From an uncultured Desulfobacter sp. (GTDB lineage Bacteria > Desulfobacterota > Desulfobacteria > Desulfobacterales > Desulfobacteraceae), in assembly GCA_963665095.1 (NCBI GenBank), contig OY762069.1, forward strand, positions 2,304,001-2,368,000: 64,000 bases of DNA, written 5' to 3'. The notes under the pieces are model-generated. The model was not told the origin of the DNA. It did no database searches and was given only the letters and a program-made list of their open reading frames with translations. Each line of letters opens with the position of its first letter. The stretch's first letter is position 1. Of this stretch, positions 1 through 8,553 are shown piece by piece. A program made the position numbers and the translations under genes.

Positions 1-98
1 CCGTGCCCGAAAAGCCCCCGGAAGGTGGAGCCTTTAAAACAGGGCAGAACAGCCTCACGGTTGAGTTTGAGGCTAAGTGTGTATTTTCCATATTCCAT
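1..98 (-). CDS. cas6: 5' end of probable CRISPR-associated endoribonuclease Cas6 (runs off the window)
   Basis: Manual translation from ATG at 98: MEYGKYTLSLKLNREAVLPCFKGSTFRGLFGH. LPxFKGSTxRGxFGH resembles the N-terminal motif of Cas6 RAMP proteins. Only 32 codons visible; not in the ORF track. Confidence 0.75.
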   Translation of the reverse strand, partial: MEYGKYTLSLKLNREAVLPCFKGSTFRGLFGH

Positions 99-439
99 GG
101 GATCATGTTTCCAGATTTTAAGTAAGTATTCTGTCTGTTACCCTGTTACGGAGTCCCAGGGATATTTTTCAATTTTTTTTTCTGAGTTGCCGGAAAGGGG
201 GGTCAGAAATTTTAAGAATCATGATTTAATGCCGCCTTGCTAGAAAGTTGTAAAAATGCAGCATGAACAGTTATTCATTTCACAGGGACCTGAGGGATGT
301 CAAGTGTTCTTCGTTGGGTGGTCCTTATTTTTTTAGCTCATTGCATCTATCCGGACAAGGGGACAGCTTTTTTTTCACTGCCAGGCATGATGTGGCTGGC
401 TGGAACATCTGGAATGAATTGGGAATAAATCTTTACAGA

Positions 440-3382
440 TTATTTCCAGTCAACAGGGATACGCACCTGGTGACCGGCCTTGTTTTTAAAAATCAGAAAC
501 TGGTTGTCCCGTCCGAACCGGTAAAGGTCCCGGGTTACCCGGACATCCTGGATACAGTACTCCACAATGAGATCCAGCCGGCCCTGCTGCCACCACTCCA
601 GCGCCAGAAGGCCGTCTGCGCTTTTCTTTGTACCCAGGGTCTGGCCGGCCAGATGATCTAAAGAGAGGCGGTACCCCAGGCGGTCATACACTTTGGTCAG
701 AATATCCAGGGTGGGAAGGCCCAGGAAATTGAACCGGCTTAATCCGGATAACACCTTATAATCAAATCGCGTTATATTGAATCCGACCACCAGATCCATC
801 TGTTTGAGGCGCTGGATCATCGCCTCTATGTCATCCTGGTAATAGACCAGGAAGTCATCCTCTTTGGAGTCGTACAGCACGGCACAGGAGACCCCCATAC
901 GGTCAGCCCTGTGCCAGCCGCCCACCTGTTTTGCCGATCTGCGGGTTTCAATATCCAGCACCCCGTAGCGTTGCGGTGCAGCCGGCTCAGCACGCTTATC
1001 ATCGGAAGGGTCTTCCAGGGATCCCGGGGAAAACAGGGTATCTGCCGTATCAATCACCTTAATGGGCCGGGGAGCCGGCCCGGAATCTGTGTTCAGAATC
1101 ATTTCAAGAATGTCCTTTGCTGCCCCTTTGTCAATGGGCCGGTTGCCGGATCCGCATTTGGGCGAATGGACACAGGCCGGGCACCCGGTGTCGCAGGGGC
1201 AGTCACGGATGGCTTCATAGGTTCTTTCCAGAAGGGTGCCGGCATTGTCAAAGGCCTGCCGGGTCAGCCCGAGTCCCCCTGGGGCCCCGTCATAAATAAA
1301 GACAACCGGCTTTTCAACCTGGGGATGGTAGGGGATGGAGATCCCCCCAAGATCGTTGCGGTCTGTCATGACCAGAAGCGGCATCATGCCGATGGCCGCA
1401 TGTTCCAGGGCGTGGATGCCGCCCATGAAATGCCCCATGTCTGTTTCAATCTGCTGCCTGACCCGGTCCGGAATCTCGATCCAGAGCCCCTGGGTTTCAT
1501 AGGTGAGCTCGGGCAGATCCAGCGGAACAATGCCCAGGGACCGGCTGCCGGACACCTGCTTCATCTCATATCCCGTGACCTGCTCCCTGATTTTGAGCCG
1601 TCCAAAGCCCACCCGGGTGCCTTTGACATTGGCAACCTTTTTTGTTTCTATAATCTCTGTATTTTTTGACGAGCGGGCCCGGGTGTAATAGCTTACCTTT
1701 TCAGGCCTGGCCCTGACGATGCCTTTCAGGTGGTCAAACAGTGTCACCACGTAAGTCTGGCCCCGGTGGAGATAGACCGCCCCTTCATGGGTTTCAAAAT
1801 AGGACCGGTGCCAGTCGATCTGCCCTAAACTCTCCCGGCTCTCCTCTTTAAAAATGGGAATGGTGTGGCCGGTGCCCCGCAGGCTCACCTCCCGGTGGGG
1901 GGATTTCCGGGCGGAAAACCAGATGTTTCCATCCCGGCTTAAAAGCAGCCTGCCCTGTCCGGCCAGGCTTCTGACACGTTCCTGTACAACGGGGTCCTGC
2001 AAAATTGGGTCTTTCACATCAATGCTCAGCTCTGCTGCCGCGCAGTCCAGGTGGCGGTCCAGGATCTGGGGATTTTCAGGATTGATCCGGGCGGTCTCCG
2101 GAGGCATGGTATAAAACACCTCCGGGTGGTTGATGAAGTACTGGTCCAGGGCATCTTCATGGGCAATGAGCACCATGGCCGAATCCTTGCCGTCCCGCCC
2201 CACCCGGCCGGCCCGCTGCCAGGTGGACATCATGGTGCCGGGATAGCCCACCAGAACACATAAATCCAGGTTGCCGATATCAATCCCCAGCTCCAGGGCT
2301 GAGGTGGAGACCACACAAAGCAGTTCCCCGTCCGCCAGTTTTTTTTCAATCTCCCGCCGCTCCTCGGGCAGGAAACCGGCCCGGTAGGCGCAGATTTTAT
2401 CGGCCATGGATTTGGCCCGCTGCCCGGCCCAGACGGCAATCAGCTCCGTGATTTTTCTGGACTGGGTGTACACAATGGTGCGCAGCTTTCTGTAGACCGC
2501 GGCATGAATCAGCGTGATGGCGGTCTGGGCTGCGCCTTCAAGCCCGCGCATCATTAAAATCTCTTTTTTCCCGCAGGGCGCCCCCTGTTCATCCACCACC
2601 GTGACCGGAAGGCCGGTCAGATCCGAGGCCAGCTCCCCGGGATTGGCAATGGTGGCAGAACAGAAAATAAAACAGGGGTCAGACCCGTAGAACCGGCAAA
2701 TCCGCAGAAGCCTGCGGAATACCCAGGCCATGTTGGACCCCATCACACCCCGGTAGGTATGCACCTCATCCACCACAATGTATTTTAACCCGCTGAAAAA
2801 GGACTCCCACAAGTGGTGGTGGGCCAGCATGGCCAGATGGAGCATCTCAGGATTGGACAAAAGGATATTGGGCGGATGGTTGCGGATTTTGCTTTTTTGA
2901 TAGGCTGTGATGTCGCCGTCGTAGACACCGGCGGTTAAGGGAGACCTCTTGTTCAAAGGGCTGCCTGCTGCGGCCGGGTCCAGCTTTGCCAGCATTTTCT
3001 GCACCGTGTCCAGCTGGTCCCTGGCCAGGGCCTTGAGTGGAAAAAGATATATGGCATGGGCCGTTGGATCGGTGATCAGGGTGTCCATCACCGGCAGATT
3101 GTAGATAAGGCTTTTTCCCGATGCCGTGGGGGTGGCAGCCACGGTGTGGCGGCCGTCAAGGATCAGATTGATGGCCCGGGCCTGGTGGGTGTAAAGCCTG
3201 TCAATACCAAGGGCGGCAAGCAGCGAGGTCAGATCATTTTTAAACCTGGGATAGTGGCCTTTGCCGGCGTACAGAGGCGGAGCCGGATCAATGGTTTTAT
3301 GGCTGACAATGTCACCTGTAAATCCCTTAAAGGATTTTAAGCCGGCAATATACGCTTCCAAAGACTCTTTAGCAGGTGACAA
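440..3382 (-). CDS. DEAD/DEAH helicase with DUF1998 (MrfA/Hrq1/SftH-like) fused to a C-terminal DEDD/RNase H-like exonuclease (MrfB/YprB-like)
   Basis: TPTASGKS, DEVH, SAT, QRAGRVGR; CPCDTGCPACVHSPKC cysteine cluster; C-terminal LDIETR...GFNITRFD...YCIQDV. Confidence 0.9.
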   Translation of the reverse strand: MSPAKESLEAYIAGLKSFKGFTGDIVSHKTIDPAPPLYAGKGHYPRFKNDLTSLLAALGIDRLYTHQARAINLILDGRHTVAATPTASGKSLIYNLPVMDTLITDPTAHAIYLFPLKALARDQLDTVQKMLAKLDPAAAGSPLNKRSPLTAGVYDGDITAYQKSKIRNHPPNILLSNPEMLHLAMLAHHHLWESFFSGLKYIVVDEVHTYRGVMGSNMAWVFRRLLRICRFYGSDPCFIFCSATIANPGELASDLTGLPVTVVDEQGAPCGKKEILMMRGLEGAAQTAITLIHAAVYRKLRTIVYTQSRKITELIAVWAGQRAKSMADKICAYRAGFLPEERREIEKKLADGELLCVVSTSALELGIDIGNLDLCVLVGYPGTMMSTWQRAGRVGRDGKDSAMVLIAHEDALDQYFINHPEVFYTMPPETARINPENPQILDRHLDCAAAELSIDVKDPILQDPVVQERVRSLAGQGRLLLSRDGNIWFSARKSPHREVSLRGTGHTIPIFKEESRESLGQIDWHRSYFETHEGAVYLHRGQTYVVTLFDHLKGIVRARPEKVSYYTRARSSKNTEIIETKKVANVKGTRVGFGRLKIREQVTGYEMKQVSGSRSLGIVPLDLPELTYETQGLWIEIPDRVRQQIETDMGHFMGGIHALEHAAIGMMPLLVMTDRNDLGGISIPYHPQVEKPVVFIYDGAPGGLGLTRQAFDNAGTLLERTYEAIRDCPCDTGCPACVHSPKCGSGNRPIDKGAAKDILEMILNTDSGPAPRPIKVIDTADTLFSPGSLEDPSDDKRAEPAAPQRYGVLDIETRRSAKQVGGWHRADRMGVSCAVLYDSKEDDFLVYYQDDIEAMIQRLKQMDLVVGFNITRFDYKVLSGLSRFNFLGLPTLDILTKVYDRLGYRLSLDHLAGQTLGTKKSADGLLALEWWQQGRLDLIVEYCIQDVRVTRDLYRFGRDNQFLIFKNKAGHQVRIPVDWK

Positions 3383-3421
3383 AGTTCAACGCCTTTTACA
3401 TGTTTCAACGCCCTTGCGGAT

Positions 3422-4318
3422 CTATAAAATGCTTTTTCCCAGGGCAGACAGGATCAGTTCCACCGCCAGTTTCGAGGTTTTATTGGCCACATCCAGAATG
3501 GGATTGATCTCCACTAAATCCATGGAGCCAAGCTTGCCTGAATCTGCCAGGATTTCCATCAAAAGATGGGCCTCGCGGTAGGAGATGCCGCCGGGCACAG
3601 GGGTTCCCACGCCTGGCGCCTCCACCGGATCCAGGGCGTCCATGTCCAGACTCAGATGAAACCGTTTTAAATGGGCAAACTTCATCATGATCTTGGAGGC
3701 AATGGTGCTGATGCCCTGTTCATCAATGTCGCGCATGGTGAAAATGGTGATGCCCGTGGCCCTGATCCGCTGTTTTTCTCCGGGATCCAGATCCCGCTGG
3801 CCGATCATCACCACATTGTCCGGATCAACTTTTCTGCCCGGGTGCCCGGCATTGACCAGGGCCTCATATCCGTCTCCGGTGAGAACGGCCAAAGGCATGC
3901 CATGGATGTTTCCGGAAGGGGATGTTTCAGGGGTATTGAAATCGGCATGGGCATCCACCCAGACAAGCCCCACCGGTTCATCTGCGGCCACCGATGCCAC
4001 CGTGCCAATGGCAATGGCATGGTCTCCACCGAGAAACACCGGGATCCCGTTATTCTTCATGACCCTGGCACCGGCCTCATAGATATCCCGGCTGATCTGG
4101 GTGATCTCTTTGACATACCGGCCCTTTACCCCGTCCAAGGCCGGATCGTCATTCCGGAAAGGGATGGCAATGTCCCCGGCATCGGTCACATGATAGCCCA
4201 AGGCCCGAAGACGCGGGATCAGGCCTGTGTACCGCAGGGCTGCCGGCCCCATGTCCACCCCCCGAAGCATCTGCCCGAAATCCATGGGAACACCGATTAT
4301 GGTGACGTTTTTTTTCAT
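3422..4318 (-). CDS. rocF: Arginase
   Basis: GGDHA, DAHADFN, SGNIHGMP, SLDMDALDP, EINP ureohydrolase motifs. Confidence 0.92.
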   Translation of the reverse strand: MKKNVTIIGVPMDFGQMLRGVDMGPAALRYTGLIPRLRALGYHVTDAGDIAIPFRNDDPALDGVKGRYVKEITQISRDIYEAGARVMKNNGIPVFLGGDHAIAIGTVASVAADEPVGLVWVDAHADFNTPETSPSGNIHGMPLAVLTGDGYEALVNAGHPGRKVDPDNVVMIGQRDLDPGEKQRIRATGITIFTMRDIDEQGISTIASKIMMKFAHLKRFHLSLDMDALDPVEAPGVGTPVPGGISYREAHLLMEILADSGKLGSMDLVEINPILDVANKTSKLAVELILSALGKSIL

Positions 4319-4452
4319 GCGTATTTCCTTTGATATCAGTCCCGGTATAAGGCCCTGGTTGACAGGTCATATATCATAGAGTAAGAAACCTATTCAATAC
4401 ATATAAACTATAGCGTATTCACCACAACAAAAGCCAGGCACCAGGAGAATTC

Positions 4453-5136
4453 ATGAAGAATAAATACCGGCTCAATTCAGAACAGACTGTTGAGATGATC
4501 AGATCATTAATTCAGCAAGGTGTGGATAAAATGTCCGTGATCGTGCGGCATTCAGACCGCCACTATACAAAAGACCCGCGTATGGAACCTTTCATGGGAC
4601 TGAATGAAAAAGGCAAGGAATTTGCATTTGAGCTTGGCAAATCACTTCCCCTGGACATGACCCCGGTGCTGTTTTCAAGCCATTTCGGCCGGTGCATTGA
4701 AACCGCCTATCTCATTGACAAGGGCTTTACGGCTGTCACAGGCAAACAGCTTGCCCATAACACCCCCCATGAAATGCTGACCCCCTTTTATATCAAAGAT
4801 ATTAACAAAGCCATGTCCACGATGGGCAACACAGGGTCTGATGAGTTTATCCTCAAGTGGTTTAACAACGAGTTTGACGAAGATATGATACAGGACCCGG
4901 GAGTGACCGCAGATCAGCTTACGAATTTTATGGTTGAACGGCTTCAGGAGATCGGACATGGCCAGGCCGCTGTCTGCATCACCCATGACTGGAACATTTT
5001 CCCTATCCGTAAATTCAAACTCGGCCTGCCCTTTACCCAAGAGGATGTGGGATATCTGGATGCCGTGGCCTTTTTTGAAAAGGACGGCAAGGTGTTTGCC
5101 ACTGCCAGAGATTGCGAACCGGTGCAGGTCTTTTAA
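4453..5136 (+). CDS. Histidine phosphatase family protein
   Basis: VRHSDR, SSHFGRCIETA and THD motifs; AGGAG RBS. Confidence 0.75.
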   Translation: MKNKYRLNSEQTVEMIRSLIQQGVDKMSVIVRHSDRHYTKDPRMEPFMGLNEKGKEFAFELGKSLPLDMTPVLFSSHFGRCIETAYLIDKGFTAVTGKQLAHNTPHEMLTPFYIKDINKAMSTMGNTGSDEFILKWFNNEFDEDMIQDPGVTADQLTNFMVERLQEIGHGQAAVCITHDWNIFPIRKFKLGLPFTQEDVGYLDAVAFFEKDGKVFATARDCEPVQVF

Positions 5137-5158
5137 CCCACCATAGTGCCTGCCTCCC

Positions 5159-5320
5159 GTGTTTGGGCGAAAAGGTCTCCAGATGCAAGGCGCAAGCAAA
5201 ACTGAAACCGGAGCGTACTTAAGTACGTGAGGCCCGATTATATGATTTGGCAGCTTTGTGCGGCAACGCAACAGGTGGCGGCTTTGTGGGCCTGCGCCCC
5301 TCTTCGAGCCGTTCAAACAC
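5159..5320. repeat. ERIC/IRU-like palindromic miniature element
   Basis: Imperfect terminal IR GTGTTTGGGCG/CGTTCAAACAC; internal CAAGGCGCA...GGAGCGTACTTAAGTACGTGA...GCAACGCA; perfect 14-bp palindrome at 5214-5227; between convergent genes. Confidence 0.7.
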
Positions 5321-5323
5321 CAA

Positions 5324-6304
5324 CTATGCTGTGGCCATAAAGATCGCCCGGACCGGTGCCGGATACCCTTCAACAGTCTTTGACGGATCGTCAGGATCCA
5401 GAAAATCGTCCAGGGATTCGGTCTGGATCCAGTCGGTTTTCCGCTGCTCTTCAAGGGTGGTCTCTGTGACATCCACACACCGGATATCTGAAAACCCGGC
5501 CCTTGAAAGCCAGGCGGCCATGGCAGACAGATCCGGGATAAAAAAGACATTGCGCATTTTGGCATAGCGGTCCAGGGGGAAAAGACAATGGTTGTTTTCC
5601 CCTCTTAACACCAGATTTTCCACCACCACCTGTCCGCCGGGGACAAGGCTGTCATGGATCTCTTTGAGCATCTTAACAGGAGATTTACGGTGATAAAGGA
5701 TGCCCATGCACAGCACCAGATCAAAAAACCGGTTCATGGCCGGCAGTTCATTGTAAGTGGCCGGAATACAAAAAACATTATCAAGCTGCAGATATTTCTG
5801 GGCAGCACAGTACTGGTAATAGAAGGCACTTTGGGGTTCAAGTCCCAACGCAAACATCGGATGGTTCGCCGCCATTTTAAACATGTAATAGCCGTTGCTG
5901 GAACCGATATCCAGAATTTTACGGTTTTTAAGCTCTGGCAGATGCGGGGCCAGCCGTTCCCATTTCATCCAGGACTGCCACTCTGAATCCACAGGTATGC
6001 CGAAAAATTCAAAGGGGCCTTTGCGCCAGGGACAAAGATCCACCAGTCCTTTATAAAGTTGCTTTTTGTCTTCTGAAGACAAGTCACTCCCCTGCCCTGC
6101 CCCCACGGCGTGTCCTGACAGATCAATGGAACGGCCAGGGGCATCCGGAGCAATATCCGGCAGGCTGCCGGCCGCTCTTTTAAACCGGCCCCAGTTGCCC
6201 ACCTCAGAATCGAGAAGTTCGCGTTTCTGTTCAACCAGGGTTTTCAGCGCCTCATACCATTGTTCCCAGCCCAGGTGGCCGTAGCGTTCTAAAAAATTTT
6301 CCAT
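5324..6304 (-). CDS. cmoB: tRNA U34 carboxymethyltransferase CmoB
   Basis: PWRKGPF, DSEWQS, LDIGSSNGY, RYAKMRNV, TVEGYPAP. Confidence 0.93.
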   Translation of the reverse strand: MENFLERYGHLGWEQWYEALKTLVEQKRELLDSEVGNWGRFKRAAGSLPDIAPDAPGRSIDLSGHAVGAGQGSDLSSEDKKQLYKGLVDLCPWRKGPFEFFGIPVDSEWQSWMKWERLAPHLPELKNRKILDIGSSNGYYMFKMAANHPMFALGLEPQSAFYYQYCAAQKYLQLDNVFCIPATYNELPAMNRFFDLVLCMGILYHRKSPVKMLKEIHDSLVPGGQVVVENLVLRGENNHCLFPLDRYAKMRNVFFIPDLSAMAAWLSRAGFSDIRCVDVTETTLEEQRKTDWIQTESLDDFLDPDDPSKTVEGYPAPVRAIFMATA

Positions 6305-6498
6305 ATGGTTTTATTTCTTATCTGTTCAATTATAATCGCCGGTCATATTGCAAACCGGTGATAATACAAAATTTAAGCTCTGATGTTTACCAGCCGCATC
6401 CGGCGAAAGCAAGCGCATAAATTCAAAAATCTGGACACAAACCAGCCCTGATGGCATAACAGTAAACCAGAAACAGATATATTCCAGGAGAAAAAAAT

Positions 6499-7839
6499 AT
6501 GAAATTTTTAGTTATCGGCGCAGATGCGGCCGGCATGAGTGCTGCCAGCAAATTAAAACGGCTGAATAAAGATGCGGAAGTGACCGTGCTTGAAATGACC
6601 GAAGATGTCTCTTACAGTGCCTGCGGCATGCCGTACAATATTGCAGACACCACCCTGGATATGGACGTGCTTGTGGTAAGAACAGCCAAAGTGTTCAGGG
6701 AGAAAAACCAGATTAATCTGTTAACCGGCCACCGGGCGGAAAAGATCAATCCCCGGACAAGAAAGGTGTCCGGCACCACGCTTTCAGGTGACACCTTTGA
6801 ATACGATTACGACAAGCTGGTCATTGCCACGGGGGCAACGCCCTTAATCCCGGATATTCCTGTGTCCGGATGGCCCAGGGTGATGACCCTGAAAAATCTT
6901 GAACAGGGCCGGCAGATTAAAAGAATCATTCAGGAAAAAAATATCAAAAAGGCCGTTATCATAGGCATGGGCTATATTGGACTTGAAATGTGTGAGGCCT
7001 TTGGACAAAGAGGCGTTGACACAACCATGGTCAAACCGGGGAAGGATTTTCTGCCCTGGCTGCCGCCGAAGCTGGCCAATGTTATTGAACAGGAACTGGT
7101 ACAAAACGGTGTTTTTCTCTATCCGGGGAAGACCATTGAGCGGATTGAGGAGAACGGGGAGGGTGTCCGGGTGGTGTGCCAGGATCTCTGTTTGGACGCG
7201 GATCTGGTTCTCATTGCCACAGGGGTGGTCCCCTGCAGCGGATTAGCCAGGGACGCGGGCCTTGCGCTGGGAATCTCTGACGCCATTGCTGTGGATCGCC
7301 AGTTAAGAACCAGTGACCCTGATATTTACGCTGCCGGCGATTGTGCCGACGCCTTTCATATCGTTACCAATGAAAAGTGCTGGATTCCTCTGGCCCTGAG
7401 AGCCAACCGCGCAGGCTGGGCCGCGGCGGACCACATTTGCGGCATCAATACAGAGCTTAAGGGGGTGGCCGGCACCTCTGTATTTAAAGTATTTGACCTG
7501 GAAGTTGCCCGGACAGGATTGACCCTCAGGCAGGCTCAGAAGGCAGGCTTCACCCCGGTGGAAAATGCCGTGGAAACACGATCCAGAGCCCATGGCCAGC
7601 CTGGGTCTACCCCGATCTTTGTAAACATGGTGGCAGATACTGCCAGCGGCAGGCTGCTGGGCATTCAGATGGTGGGCAGGGAAGGGGTGGCTCACAGGAT
7701 CAATGCCGGCGCCGTTGCCCTTCACAGCCAGATGACAGTGGCCGATTTTTTCCAGGCAGACCTTGCCTATGCACCGCCTTTCGGGCCGGTCTGGGATCCG
7801 CTGCTCACAGCGGCCAATCAGCTGCTTAAAAAAATTTAA
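6499..7839 (+). CDS. CoA-disulfide reductase/NADH oxidase family flavoprotein
   Basis: IGADAAGMSAA, SYSACG redox Cys, GMGYIGLE, YAPPF. Confidence 0.88.
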   Translation: MKFLVIGADAAGMSAASKLKRLNKDAEVTVLEMTEDVSYSACGMPYNIADTTLDMDVLVVRTAKVFREKNQINLLTGHRAEKINPRTRKVSGTTLSGDTFEYDYDKLVIATGATPLIPDIPVSGWPRVMTLKNLEQGRQIKRIIQEKNIKKAVIIGMGYIGLEMCEAFGQRGVDTTMVKPGKDFLPWLPPKLANVIEQELVQNGVFLYPGKTIERIEENGEGVRVVCQDLCLDADLVLIATGVVPCSGLARDAGLALGISDAIAVDRQLRTSDPDIYAAGDCADAFHIVTNEKCWIPLALRANRAGWAAADHICGINTELKGVAGTSVFKVFDLEVARTGLTLRQAQKAGFTPVENAVETRSRAHGQPGSTPIFVNMVADTASGRLLGIQMVGREGVAHRINAGAVALHSQMTVADFFQADLAYAPPFGPVWDPLLTAANQLLKKI

Positions 7840-7866
7840 CCGGTGTTAGACGCAAATAGCATGACA

Positions 7867-8517
7867 TTACTTAGTTCTGTTTTTCGCAAAATCCCTGTTG
7901 GACAGATTGAAAAGGTCATTAGCGATGCTGCGCAGTTCAGGAGAACAATCTGCCCGGCGAAACGTACGGTCTGAAGCAAATTCCCGCCAGAACGGGGGGA
8001 GCTGCCCGATACGGGTGGCCATGCCCCCCTGCGGGTCCTCCTCCACGTACAGAACGGTTTTAATGCCTGAGTTGATAATCCGGGTCAGGCACATGGGACA
8101 GGGTTCCATGGAACTGACCAGGACCAGGTTTGAACACTGCCTTGGATTTGTTCCTCTATCCCGCCCGACAGTTTTTTTGGCCTGGTCCTCATACCGGTTG
8201 AGCAGATCCATTTCTGCATGGAGATCACTGCGGAAATAGGTGCTGTACTGCCTGTTCCGGCCTGTCTCCACCACCTTGCCTGTGGAAGTGTCCACCAGAC
8301 ATGCACCAATGCCGCCTGACCCCTCTTTTGCGGAATTAAGGGCTGCTTTTACCACATGCAGGGCGTAAATGTCGTCCTTAAAATCAGGATTCACAGTATA
8401 GGATGAAATCCGTTTCTCTATGGATGAAAGCTTCTCCCAGTTTCCTGCAAAACCTGGCATGGTCGCCCATACCAGCCATACAATGACCAATACGTACGGC
8501 CTGTATAATTTTTTCAT
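7867..8517 (-). CDS. Zn-dependent nucleoside/nucleotide deaminase with putative signal peptide
   Basis: HAE and EPCPMC motifs; N-terminus MKKLYRPYVLVIVWLVWATMPGFA. Confidence 0.8.
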   Translation of the reverse strand: MKKLYRPYVLVIVWLVWATMPGFAGNWEKLSSIEKRISSYTVNPDFKDDIYALHVVKAALNSAKEGSGGIGACLVDTSTGKVVETGRNRQYSTYFRSDLHAEMDLLNRYEDQAKKTVGRDRGTNPRQCSNLVLVSSMEPCPMCLTRIINSGIKTVLYVEEDPQGGMATRIGQLPPFWREFASDRTFRRADCSPELRSIANDLFNLSNRDFAKNRTK

Positions 8518-8553
8518 TCTTTTCCATTTACTTTGGGTTTACGCCTGGCGTAA

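Noticed and set aside
99..439. CRISPR array near the cas6-like gene
   Set aside because: No regularly spaced direct repeats seen here or elsewhere in the window
4675..5565. 296-aa minus-strand ORF crossing the phosphatase, repeat and cmoB
   Set aside because: Overlaps two supported genes and a palindromic element; no protein motifs
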